A stretch of DNA of 64,000 nucleotides from Octopus sinensis (GCF_006345805.1 NC_042998.1:134044001-134108000); one strand, 5' to 3'. Numbered from the stretch's first letter, positions 26,628 through 39,395 are shown. A program made the numbers and translations. The notes: a model not told the origin generated them from the letters alone.

Positions 26628-27624
26628 GACTGTCTGCCAGGCCTGTCAATATATTTATCTTTATAACTCTTTCTATCCATCTTGCCACTCCCTCTCCAGT
26701 TTTTGCTTTGCAATATGCGTCTAATCAACAGTTCTTCATTCTCTCTGCGAATGTCAACATATTTATCTATCTTTCTATTTATCTATACATATTCATATCT
26801 TTTTATCTAGCTGATTCATATCTTTTTATCTACCTATCTACCTGACCGTTTATCTATCTTTATTTCCCCCCATCTGTCAATATGAATATCTATGTATGTA
26901 TGTGTGTGTGTATGTATGTATGTATGTATGTATGTATGTATGTATGTATGTATGTATGTATGTATGTATGTATTGAGAAAAAGGAAGCAGTCAGAATTTT
27001 GGATAATCTTTTATTAGCTCTTTCGTTCGTTTTTCGAACTCGTCAAAACAAAAACAAAATCAAAATCAAAATGGCAAAAACAAAACGTTTCGTTGTGCAT
27101 TTATATGATTCGGATGTTGTTGTTTTTTTCTCTTTTGCTCTATTTAGAAGAGGAGAATATTGTTCGTGTTTTTGTTTTTTGCTTGTTTTTGTAAAAGGTA
27201 GAGAGAGAGAAAGAAAGAAAAGCAAATAATGGAGGAAAATAGAAGCCCCGAAATACAGAGAGCCATAAATGAGCAGAGGAACCAGTACTTAAAAATCTGA
27301 AGCCTATTGACCTCAAACTGAGACCAATAGTTGCTTGACCTCAAACAACAACACAACAACTGAGTCATTTTTGTCATACCCCTAAAACTTTTATGCTCAT
27401 TTATACCCAACTATATACGAGACGGCATAGATTTCCTCCAGTACATTCCACCTACTATACTTACAAGCATTGATGTCACCGACCTTTATATCAATATACC
27501 TTACACTTTGGGCCTGGAAGTAGTCAAACACTGAGTAGAGAAACAATGGAGATAGATAGATAGAAGTATACGCAGGTAGATAAGCTGATAGATAGAGAGA
27601 GAGAGAGAGAGGAATTACGACGAC

Positions 27625-27845
27625 GAGGGTCCTAACTGATACGATCAACGGAACAGCCTGCTCGTGAAATTAACGTGGAGATTCAGCGTAACACAGAAAT
27701 ACAGGTACAACTCATTTTTGCCAGCTGAGTGGACTGGAGCAGCTTGAAATAAAGTGTCTTGCTTAAGGACACAATGCGTCGCCGGGAATCGAACTCACGA
27801 CCTTACAATCGTGAGCCGAATGCCCTAACCACTAAGCCACGCGCC

Positions 27846-27849
<4 letters not shown>
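27625..27849 (-). mobile_element. tRNA-derived SINE family C with RTE-like tail
   Basis: Head TGAAGGCGCGTGGCTTAGTGGTTAGGG...GTGAGTTCGATTCCCGG; core GCTCCAGTCCACTCAGCTGGCAAAAATGAGT; tail ...CCCTCGTCGTCGTAA. Confidence 0.8.
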
Positions 27850-27906
<57 letters not shown>

Positions 27907-27989
27907 TATAAATAAAATATATGCATACATACAAACATATATGTACGTACCTACATCTACATGTATATATACATGCATATATAAATATA

Positions 27990-28690
27990 TATACGTGTGT
28001 ACAGGACATCACAAATAGACGTAGAACTCAACGAGAAACGAAAACGTAAAAACAGCATAGAACGGATCATTTTTTTAACAACGAAAAAACAGAGTATAAG
28101 ACAACTACACAAGGAAAAATCCCCTTCATCAGCTGTCCCTAGTTCAACTTCAGCGTGTTTCGAAGGTGAGGACAGAACACGTCTCGTCGAACTAATCCTT
28201 CCTGCGAAAGAATTAAATAAAATTCCTTTGCAGGGGGGTAAAAACAAGGGAAAAAATGTGACAAAAACAGGACGTAAAAACAATACAATAAAAACAAATA
28301 CAAAATAAAAATACAATTACAAAAAATACAGTACAAGAAAGAATAGAAACAGGACAGGAAAACAAATAAAGAGGGCCTATAAGCCTAGACGAGCAAAAAA
28401 ATTTTTCACGAGCGCAGGAAGAAACATGTTTACTTGAATAAGGCCATCGGCGAAAGGAAGTTCGTAGACCCGGCTGTGAGAGAGATGAGGAGGAGTGAGA
28501 GAGAGAGAGAGATAGAGAGGAAGGAAGCAAAAGAGGGTGAAAGAAAGAGAGAAGAAGGAGTTATAGAGTTTCGCGTCATAATTATATATAAAAACCAGCT
28601 TAGAGAAGAAGAAGAAACGAAACGAAACCAAACGAATCGAATCGACACGAAGGCGCTCAGTCATACAATAGTGTAATAAATAAAATATAT
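27990..28690 (-). mobile_element. Penelope-like relic with degenerate HHR-like motif (28130-28200)
   Basis: Minus strand TAGTTC GACGA GACGTG..CACCTTC GAAAC ACGCTGAAGTT GAACTA; shares GAYGAGAYG and ACCTTCGAAACAYG with the HHR at 9774. Confidence 0.4.
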
Positions 28691-28710
28691 GCAATATATA
28701 TATATATATA

Positions 28711-28814
<104 letters not shown>

Positions 28815-29321
28815 TTATCTGCTCATTTATGGCTCTCTGTATTTCGGGGCTTCTAATTCCCCCTTCTCTTTGCTTTGCTTTTCTTTCTCTCTCTACCTTT
28901 TTCAAAAACAAACAGATAACCGAAGATATGGTGGTGTGGATTTCCACCTCGGCATCCGAAACTCTTGGCTACTGAATAATTGTCACATATTATTTTACAG
29001 ATTTATATATATATATATATATCGATCTAATAAGAGAACCTTTATGGTATATGCTCGACCAACTTTGAAATAGCGGCTAATTCTGCACCACATAAAACCT
29101 CTCCGTCTTAAAAAAAAAGGAGGAAGATTCGACAATTTATATAACATACAGAGTGGTCACACTTGGAATGCCATTAATCATAGAAATACTAGATCAGGTC
29201 TAAACAACTACAACAGCATTGAATAGATTCTACCCTCTGCAGCCCTTCCAGATAGAGTGAAAAATAAAAGCATTAAAATATTCTAAACTGCAGTTTTATA
29301 TTACGGGTGGTTAAGTAATAA

Positions 29322-29350
<29 letters not shown>

Positions 29351-29352
<2 letters not shown>

Positions 29353-29763
29353 TACTCAAAGGAATTCTAACTCTGTCTGTTTTTATGTTTTGTTTATATT
29401 CTTATAATATTAATATAGGATATAGAATATAGAATATATAGTAAGAAAGAAATGAAATGAAGTATTGATTGTCTTATTGAACAAATGAAATATTGAAAAT
29501 TAAATATTAAATATCTATTCTCATTGAATAGACTGTGCGTTCAGTCGAAGCGTTCCTGTTACAATCTAAACCTGATGAATGCTTAAATGCAAGAAAGTAT
29601 ACTAGTTCAATGAGAATAGACATTTAATATTTCATTTGTTCAATAAGACAATCAATACTTCATTTCATTTCTTTCTTACTATATATTCTATATTCTATAA
29701 CCTATATTAATATAAGAATGTAAATAAAACATAACAAACAGAGTTGGAATTCCTTTGAGTAAT
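29351..29763. repeat. Palindrome P1 (arms 29351-29528 / 29606-29763, loop 77 nt)
   Basis: Arms are complementary with a few substitutions and a short indel. Confidence 0.92.
29566..29610 (+). ncRNA. Minimal hammerhead motif in the P1 loop
   Basis: TAAAC CTGATGA A TGC-TTAAAT-GCA A GAA AGTATACT A GTTCA; palindromic stem III, CUA triplet, weak stem I. Confidence 0.6.
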
Positions 29764-29800
29764 ATATTCTTCTATATAGAATCATACAAACCCACCCCTT

Positions 29801-29838
<38 letters not shown>

Positions 29839-29841
<3 letters not shown>

Positions 29842-30005
29842 GAACTTCTTTCAGTTTCCGCCTACCAAATCCACTCACAAGGCTTGATTGTGGTCGGCCC
29901 GAGGCTTTAGTAGAAAATACATGCCCAAGGTACCAAGCAGCGAAACTGAACCCCGAACCATGCGGTTGGGAAGCAAGCTTCTTACCATATAGTCACGCCT
30001 GTGCC

Positions 30006-30009
<4 letters not shown>
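29839..30009 (-). mobile_element. SINE family B head/core, left arm of P2
   Basis: Reverse complement of 30331-30500 with 1 substitution and 1 indel. Confidence 0.9.
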
Positions 30010-30031
<22 letters not shown>

Positions 30032-30037
<6 letters not shown>

Positions 30038-30148
30038 AAGGACCTTCTACAGGACTAGAACTGTTTCATTCAAAAGAAATCATCAGGAAGCTCCTGATGA
30101 TTTCTTTTGAATGAAACAGTTCTAGTCCTGTAGAAGCTCCTTCTATAA
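30032..30148. repeat. Hairpin P3 (57-bp arms, 1 mismatch, loop AGC)
   Basis: Arms at 30032-30088 and 30092-30148. Confidence 0.95.
30094..30133 (+). ncRNA. Hammerhead core (mirrored on the minus strand at 30047-30086); 5' strand of stem I missing
   Basis: CTGATGA TTTC-TTTT-GAAT GAAA CAGTTCTAG TC CTGTAG; GUC triplet at C30127. Confidence 0.6.
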
Positions 30149-30220
30149 AATAAATTAATTTACTCTGCTATGTATTGAGTACCTTATTTACTGTGGTTAA
30201 CCCCGACTCAACCCGGGACC

Positions 30221-30500
<280 letters not shown>

Positions 30501-30522
30501 TATATATATATGTATATATATA

Positions 30523-30785
30523 ATATGAATGAGAAAATGAAGAAAATAGATAAAATTGACTTACAGATGTTATTTATTTAAAAACATTCAAATTCATATA
30601 GAGTAATTTCTGCCTACAGCTGTTTCCACACTCAATTCAATTGCAGAAATAAAATTCAATTCAAATTCCCATAAAGTTCCAATGATAAACTAATATACTT
30701 AGTTTACACTGAACGCTGGTAAAAACCGGAGAACTAGGATGCTCTCATCCCTTAAGGGAATTTAGTTCCTTGTCTTAATAAATTA

Positions 30786-30816
<31 letters not shown>

Positions 30817-31182
30817 TGTATGTATGTATTTATGTATGTATGTATGTATGTATGTATGTATGTATGTATGTATGTATGTATGTATGTATATATACATACA
30901 TACATACATACATACATATTATTTTATTAAGACAAGGAACTAAATTCCCTTAAGGGATGAGAGCATCCTAGTTCTCCGGTTTTTACCAGCGTTCAGTGTA
31001 AACTAAGTATATTAGTTTATCATTGGAACTTTATGGGAATTTGAATTGAATTTTATTTCTGTAATTGAATTGAGTGTGGAAACAGCTGTAGGCAGAAATT
31101 ACTCTATATGAATTTGAATGTTTTTAAATAAATAACATCTGTAAGTCAATTTTATCTATTTTCTTCATTTTCTCATTCATAT
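30523..31182. repeat. Palindrome P4 (264-bp unique arms, ~2 mismatches, centre (TATG)n|(CATA)n)
   Basis: Arms at 30523-30786 and 30919-31182; symmetry axis near 30890. Confidence 0.95.
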
Positions 31183-31197
31183 ATATATATATATATA

Positions 31198-31745
31198 CAG
31201 GGTGTCCCAGAAGTCACTATACACTTTTAATAAATTCCTAAAAATTATATAAGAAACTGAGTTTATTCATATTCTTAGTATCAAAAGAGGAATCATTGCT
31301 GTTTTACTTGTTAGACTTGCGTCACGTTCTACTGCCTAGAGGACTAGCTGTATACCTTCGCATGAGCGCATCCATTTTCGACAACCTTAAGACACCTTCG
31401 GATGCCGGCCTCTCCGACATTTTGCAGCATCACTTCCCCGACTTCGCTGCAGGCCTTGCAGATTCTTTCTTCAAACTGTAACAAGTCACGGAGTTTAGTG
31501 GCATATACCTTGCTTTTGATATAGCCCCACAGAAAAAAACCACAGGGTGTGAGGTCAGGGGAGCGCGGAGCCCATCCCAGAGGACCACTTCGACCGATCC
31601 ATCGGTCAGGGAACTTGATGTTCAGGAAACCTCTCACTAACCTGGCAAAGTGGGGAGGGGATGCGTCTTGTTGAAAAATGGCATTAGAAAGATCACTCCT
31701 CGTCTGAATTTGTGGCACAGCAAATTCCTGCAGCATCACCAGCTA
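31198..31745 (-). mobile_element. Tc1/mariner DD41D (rosa/Visitor-like) 3' fragment
   Basis: ORF 31344-31739 FQQDASPPH...RWIGRSGP..WAPRSPDLTPCGFFLWG; 41 residues between the second D and the mutated third catalytic position; TA|CAGGGTGTCCCAGAAG TIR. Confidence 0.85.
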
Positions 31746-32379
31746 ATTTTCCCTTGTAACGGTAATGAATTGAATAATGAATACTAATCTGTCCCACCAT
31801 ATATCTTGAAAGGTATCAACATCGTAGGATCTAAAATAGTTAGATTCCGCCATTGAGTTGCATCTGCTTATATCAAATTTGTAAATTAGCGGTTGAATAA
31901 ATAGAAATCGATAAAATAAATATCACACTAAAAACATGTACTGGTTTCGACGTGATCGACTAAAATTCTTGAAGGTGTTATCCCAGTATGACCACTGTCC
32001 AGTGACTGAAGCCAATAAAAAAATATATAAAATTTCGTGCTACTTCAGACATGCTTCTCATTGATTAAATATTTATATTAGTTAAGCGGTTATACATGTT
32101 AAAACTGCACCATAAGTTGTTAAATTCGACGGGTGAACAAATTCGGAATTTTTTTCTGCATCGTATTTTTCTTTTATGGTTTATCAACAATAGCAATGTA
32201 TTCATTCGTGTTTAATTCCTCTTTACATATGCTTGTAATTTTTCATGTAACCTCGGGAGAGTTTTCTTCTCTTTTTTTTTTTTCACTCCTAAAATCAAAA
32301 TCAGGTTCTACACTCTTATCAGCATTCAATAAAATTTTACATACTTCCAAATCTTAATATTTTTTATTATTTTTGTTTT

Positions 32380-32830
32380 ATTTATTGTATTATTCTTCTT
32401 GTCATTTCTGTTAAGAAACGGAATAAAGCAAAAGCTAACGAGCCAAGTAAGAGTGAAAGAATGCTATTATTTCAAGTACTACAACAAATTCGCTCATTTT
32501 TATCGTCTGCTTGCTGAGAAAAGACGACAGAAGTCAAATACCAAACAAATTTCGACGAGCTGTTGTTAACAAAAGCGACGGAAAATGGCGGATTCAAGAA
32601 CGAAATTTTTTATGATAATGGTAACTGATAGAATTACCTGTAAGTAACAATAAATACCGAGAAAATGTGGCAGGGTTGAACGGGGAAGTAGAGAGAAATA
32701 ACAAAACCAAATGAAACAAAACAAAGAAATTAAATAATGTATTGGTGCGTCCCACACTTTCTAAGTGATTGTAGTGTATTAAAAAAATACCAATCAATCA
32801 CGTAGGCTTTATTGCTGAAACGTCTGTTAT
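32380..32830 (+). promoter_or_regulatory. Possible promoter/first-exon region
   Basis: Non-repetitive; YY1-like AAAATGGCGG (32582) followed by a GTAAGT donor (32640); CCAAT and CACGT motifs near 32791. Confidence 0.25.
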
Positions 32831-35409
32831 CGGCGAGGAATGACACTTTGACAGAAACAGCAAATGGCTTGGAAAGTATACTTTTCTTTCCCCTTCTTTT
32901 TTTTTTCTTCATTGTTTAATGTTAATGTTGTTGTTGATGATGATGATGATGTTGTTGTATGCCATGAAAGGTTGCGTTTCACAGAGTTCCGCCGAGAAGG
33001 TAATTTATTCCAGTAATATTTGATATTTTTGGTTCATTTCACCAACAAAAAGTGCTTCGGAATATTTAAACGTTCAACCCCTTATCTTCGGGTAAAGTAA
33101 AAAAAAAAAAGATTTTACCTACGGCATTTTTATTGTGTACATACATTTCTGCAAACACCCATTTGTTTTGTTTATTAAAGTCCAATATGGCCACCTCCGT
33201 GGCAATATTGGAAGTGCTAGCTACAATGGTGGTAGCAGTAAATACGCCTCCAAATTTCTGCAAACACAAAAAGTAGATAAAAATAAATACGAAAACAAAA
33301 TTCAACAGTTAAATCAACAAACCACAATTACGAACAGAAGCAATTAATTTGAGTAAAAATGAAAAAAAAAACAATAACATAAACACCACAAAAAAACAAG
33401 TGTTAGTCATGAATTAGCCCCAGGCAAAAAAGAAAGAGTGGATGTGTCTACTAGTTCTAGGAATTTATCCATGAGGGGACAAGAATGAAAAGGACATACC
33501 CCTGTTTTGCCATAAATGTAATGAGTTTCCATATGATCCTTTTTATGGCATGATATACGCTCGTTTGATAAGGGCAGGGCATATGGAAGCGTGTGATGAG
33601 GAGTCTTATCTTGGAGTTCAAAACAGGATAGATATTCCAAACAACAGTTCCTTCACCTTTGTCTGGGAGCAATGTGGACATATGGATCTAGTAGTAATGT
33701 AGAAAACCATTACAAGCAGCGATAAAAAAATGGTGCAGACAGGTCGCCAGTCGGATGTTTGAAGTCTTTCTTGCAAAAGACCACCAACCTCCCCCCACCT
33801 ACTCACATACCATATACCGGAGAACCAAAAATTCATAATGTCTGAAATGGTAACGAAAATTTAATGATTAGTGCTAAATGACCTGAAGCAGAATAAGAGG
33901 AATGCTGTAGTGATCGATGGTTACATAGCTAAACTTTAGTTGCTCAGAGGATGTGGAAGATTTCATACCTTGGTCAAGAGCAATATGTTTACCGATATGT
34001 CCAAAATTCCAAGAACTGACGAGAGCGAAAGGTAGTCAGTATGATAGAATACAGTGGTACACACCACATAAGTGGTAATTTCTCATTTCTATGTAAGCAG
34101 GTGCTTAAATGTTTTGTACACTAAAGTTATAACTTGTTTTAATGCAATGTATCACGCGCGTTTATTTTTGCACTTATGCATGCGTACCTGCATTTATGCT
34201 TGTATGTATGTGTGCATGCATGTATGTATGCTTGTATGAATGTATATATTTATGTGTGTATGTATGTTTGTATGTATGTATGCAGTTATGTATATATACA
34301 TGCGCAAAAGATTGCCATATTTGATAACGAACCAACAACACTGGCTAGATATTCCGGTTTTATAATACAACTCCTAGTTGCCCCATAAATATGATTCTTC
34401 AGGCAATGAGATGTGAGATCTTTATATGTTCATTCCTAAGGCTTGCATATGTATGCATGTGTACATCCCCACTTGCTTTGTCATGTGTTTACTTTTAAAT
34501 TTACATAACACGTTTACAGTTTTTTCAGTTCTTGTAGCCAATAAAAAGATTGTTACTATTCTCATCAACATCGTCATCATTCTGGTGGCAACTTGGCAGA
34601 ATCCTTTCTGCGCTGGGCAAAATGCTGATAAGTATTTTCTTCTAATTCTGTAACTTCTGAGTTCATGGGAAAAAAAAAAGAATAAAAGAAATAAAAATAT
34701 TTCCCTTTTATGAGTTTCTGAAAAGGAACCATTGTGTGTGGAAGAAGTAATCAGATTTATCAAATTACCGTAGATTCATTTATCTGGGTGTTAAGAGATT
34801 TCTGTATAGCAGAGCGTTATTATTTCGCTCATGAACGAAGAAAAAAATTATAAAATGTAAGAAAATGTTCTGTTATTAGTATTTCATGTTACCATTGTAT
34901 TTATATATTTGATTGAGTACAAGTGATGTGTAGAAGAAAATTATGAGGGTTTAGTTCACTGGTGATCTAAATGAACAGGTACGCTGAGTAAGTGCTATAA
35001 TTGGTCATCCTTTAGGACCCAAGTTCACAGCTGAGGCTGGAGATAGGGATCCGTATTAGGCTTCCGTGTTAGCAGATATATATTAGCAGAAAAGGACAGC
35101 AAAAAAACAAGACAGGACGAGTATCTCAAGTCATTTATGATAATTTTTAATAATTTAGGGTATATACATACATACATACATACTTACATACATACATTAT
35201 GCGTTTTGTTAAGGTTTGAGATTTCATTGGTTTCGACGCAAAATTATTCCATGAAGTTGTAAGTTCGTAAAAATGTTTATTATCTCATATACATATATTT
35301 TCTCTGAATCGTGTGATATCAAGAATATACTATGCGTGTAATATGTATCCGTATAGTCAAGGATTCCAGCATGTGACTCTAATGCATATTTTGCGTATAA
35401 TCGATATCC

Positions 35410-36133
35410 GAAAATTTATCTAGCTGGGTAAATATTTGGATCAAAAGCACTCCAGACTGATCACATCCCGGGAACATCTGACATTGTTTGAGGCAGATCC
35501 AGTTGGTTTCCTTGAACATTTCCTAAGCCATGATGAGTATTGGCTTTATCACTTTGAGCCAGATACTAAGAGATAATCCATGCAGTAGGAACACTCCTCA
35601 CCTACTCCAAAGAAGGTCGATGTTGTTACATCTGCAAGGAATGTGATGGCCTCAGTTTTTTAGGAGGCAAATGGCATTGCATTTATTGACTATTTTCAAA
35701 AGTGCCACACTGTCGGTGGAGAGGACTGGGCCAACTTGCTGAGGCAGTTGCAAAAGGTTATCAAGACCGAACGCCTAGGAAAACTTATTAAAGGGGTTTT
35801 ATGTCATCAGGGCAATGTTCCAGCACACATCTTTGTTTCAACGGCTGGCTGCTGTGCATGACTGGCTTTGAACTGGTTGATCACCTTCCCTATTCTCGTG
35901 ATTTGACCAACAGGAAAAAAAAACACATGGCTGAGAAGCAGTATCGCAGTAAATGATGACGTCATATCTGCTGTTGATGACTTTTTTTACTAACAGAATG
36001 AAAGCTTCTCCACCACTGGCAGCCAAGCACTGCAGCACCGATAAAAAAGGTGCTTGAACCGCAAGGAGGATTACGTTCAAAAATAAACCTCATTTGATCA
36101 CATTCCATGGGTATACTTTTGAGTCGACCTTCG
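35410..36133 (+). mobile_element. Decayed mariner (DD34D-type) 3' half
   Basis: HDEYWLYHFEPDTKR*SMQ*, VMASVF*EANGI.FIDY, HQGNVPAH and PYSRDL motifs; terminal TTTTGAGTCGACCTTCG|TA. Confidence 0.85.
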
Positions 36134-36135
36134 TA

Positions 36136-36297
36136 TACATACATACATGCATACATACATACATACATACATACATACATACATACATACATACATACAT
36201 ACATACATACATGCATGCATGCATACATACATACATACATACATACATACATACAACATACATACATACATAATACATACATACATACATACATACA

Positions 36298-36328
<31 letters not shown>

Positions 36329-36455
36329 CATACATACATACATACATACATACATACATCATACATACATACATACATACATACATACATACATACATAC
36401 AACATACATACATACATAATACATACATACATACATAATACATACATACATACAT
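36136..36455. repeat. (TACA)n microsatellite at the mariner end
   Basis: Seen directly. Confidence 0.97.
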
Positions 36456-38029
36456 TGTGTGCTTTTATGTGTACTCAGGCGAAGATGATGTCTTCGACTT
36501 TGGTTTAACAACTGCGAAGGAGGAGGAGGAACAGTATTGTGATGACAACGATAGTGATACATGACGATTATTATACCTATGTCTATTATGACGTTGGCAA
36601 CTATACATCATCTGGCTAAATGAAATTGTAAATAGAATACGTTTTAACCGCCAGATTGTAATCAATATTTGCTTTATTTATTGCTTCATTTCCATTGGAT
36701 GTCATATGGAACGGAAATAGGCAATTTTTCTTCCTTTCTCTTTTTTTATTATTTTTGTTACATTTGCTGGACTTTCACTCTTTGATTTGTAAGTTCCTTT
36801 TTTATAATGACATGCTTCAAAGAAAGCAATCAAATTGCTAACACTGTTGTCACAGCCTTGTAAAGAGTTACAGAGCATGAGGTTGAAGTTCAAAGTATAT
36901 TCTGCCCGTCTTGTACCGTTCCTTTAGACGTATTTTCGCGTCTGTTGCCAAGCTCATACCACGTACTCTTGTACCAAAATACAACTGATTCACTCAACTT
37001 TTTTTTTTCTTTTTACGATAAGATGAAATGTGATTTCCTTCCTTCATTCATGTGGCTGCAATTTAATATCACTTTGTTGTGGTTTGGAAGCTCGTATTTA
37101 ATTATTTTTTCATAGTATTTTTTTTCCGCAGTGCATTATTTAGCAACAGTTATTTGCTTCAGCAGAAAGTGCAATAGAATAATAGGTACATTCTATAAAG
37201 CTATAAAAGTCGCAATTCCCATTTCCTTTTTCTCCACCTCCTGAAATCAATAGTGAAGTCTAATCAACAACTGAATATCTTTTATCACGAAAAGGTCAAT
37301 CATTTGAGCCCGTTATCAAACTAGTTCGTGAGTTGAATATATATTTATACATTTTGTCATCTTTATTTTCGGCTTCTATATTAATTGTTCGGCAACGGAT
37401 TTGATCTGAGACTGTAATGTTGAAACTAAAACAGTTTATATGATGGTGTGGTGTCTTATTGACAGTTTGGAATACGCGTGCATTGTATTCGCCCCGGTTT
37501 TATTACTGTTTCAGTTGTTGTTGTTGTGGTGGTGGTGGTGGTGGTGGTGATGGTGGTGGTGTGCTGCTGCTGCTGGTAGTTGTTTATCTTCCGGTCAGTC
37601 TTGATCGAAAAAGAAATCTAAGAACAAATCCGTACATTACTTAATATGCCTTTCTTTTTTAAAGACGGTAGATTTGAAGAATATTTGGCTGTTATGTTTA
37701 GCAGATCAGTTGACCACGTAACGACTTTAATTTGGCTCCCACAAAGGCTCCCTCGTTAACTCGTCTTATCAATTATAGATGTAATTTTCACATGAATTTC
37801 TTTCATCGTATAATTATGACCTGGTCACTGATACTATATTTCGTAGTAAGTAATGTGATACAGCAATACAGTGAATCAGTCATCCATGTTAAACTCTGTG
37901 CTGTATAACAGCCATTTTATCAAAATTAATCAAGTATAAACAAATACATGCACGCGTACAGAATTGTTTTTATACAATAGAGTTTTATATAAGAGTAATC
38001 CAGCTGGTTACCTTGAACGTTTCTTAACT

Positions 38030-38140
38030 CAGGATGAGTGTTGGCTTCGTCACTTTGAGCCAGAAACTAAGAAATAATCCATGCAGTAGGAACACCCCTC
38101 CTCACCTGCTCCAAAGAAGGTCGAGGTCGTTTTATCCGGT
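38030..38140 (+). mobile_element. Short fragment of the same mariner family
   Basis: Aligns to 35528-35635. Confidence 0.8.
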
Positions 38141-38204
38141 GCTCTTACTAGATATAGTCCAGACCATCAACATCATATAGTATTCTGACTCTAAAATTGT
38201 TTGT

Positions 38205-38410
38205 AATATAAGGACTAGGCTAGAAATTTAGGAGAAGGGGATTGTTGAGTACATCGACCTCAATGCTCAATTGGTAATTATATCATAAACCCCGAAAGAA
38301 TAAAAGGTAAAAGTCGATTTGGGTAGAAATTTGCACTTAGAATGTAAAACGCCGAAAGAAATACCGCGGTGTATTTTACCCGACACGCTAACGAATCTGC
38401 TTGCTCGTCA
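38205..38410 (-). mobile_element. Old SINE family A (tail B)
   Basis: Core AACCCCGAAAGAATAAAAGGTAAAAGTCGA; head GAAATACCGCGG...CGCTAACG. Confidence 0.65.
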
Positions 38411-39029
38411 CATTGATCCTGACAGAAAAATGTGAAAAATTGGTTATCATACACATAGATATATAAGTGTATATATGAGGAAAGACAGAGAAAGAGGGGG
38501 GGTGTTAAATTTGATATTTTCCAACTTCAATAATCTAGTTTCCAGGCAGCAACGTGCTTGTTTTTGTTTGCTATTTTGTGTGTTTTTGTGTTGTTTTTTT
38601 TTCAATCATCAGCGAGTTGTACCTGAATACTGAATGGTTTTTCAGTTCTTTTGTGTGGTAGATGATTGGTTTTAAGACTAAGTGGTTTTGGTCAGTCTAT
38701 GATGCTTGACACTGATTAATGTTTTGAGAATTTGGTGGGTCTGAGGAAATTATATAAATGTAGAGAAAAGCAATCTCTTGCAGTGATTAAGAAGTTTTAG
38801 TCAGTTGGTTTCAATTTTCGTTTTTGTGCTTGATTCGGTGTGTGTGTGGGGCGGGGGTGCTTAGAAACTAGTTCCTATCTTTTGTTGACGGTCTCATAGG
38901 CACAGGTTCATATATGATTTTTCCTATCAGAAATAGGTTGTATACTCATGCATCCCTGGACGAGTTTAACGGATTCTATAGTTGCTCATTCGATGTTTAT
39001 AATGTTGCTGCCTTTTTTTAATATACGGA

Positions 39030-39395
39030 CAATTTATGGCTGTGTAGTTAACAAGCTTGCTTAGCAACCACACAGTTTCAAGTTCAATTCCATTGCGTGG
39101 CAATTTGGGCAAGTTTCTTTTTGCCGACCAATGACTTGTGAAATAATTTGGTTGACAGAAACTGGATGAAAGCTCACCGTATGTGTGTGTGTGTTTGTGT
39201 TTGTTCCCCAGACACACACATCGATTGAAAAATGGTATTGGTTTGTTTACGTCCTCGTAACCAAGCAGTAGACGAGGCAACATAATAAGTACCAGCTTCG
39301 AAAAGAAAATATGGGGGTGCGATTTGCTCGACTGAATCTTTCACGGCCTGTTCCAGTATAGCCGTGATCCAATGACTGAAAAAGCAGAAGATAAG
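39030..39395 (+). mobile_element. Full-length old SINE family B
   Basis: tRNA head, core, internal (TG)n and tail GATTTGCTCGACTG...CCAGTATAGCCG..AATGACTGAA. Confidence 0.75.

Noticed and set aside
34010-34045. CTGACGAGAGCGAAAGGTAGTC, HHR-like
   Set aside because: No stem I or stem III pairing; probably chance.
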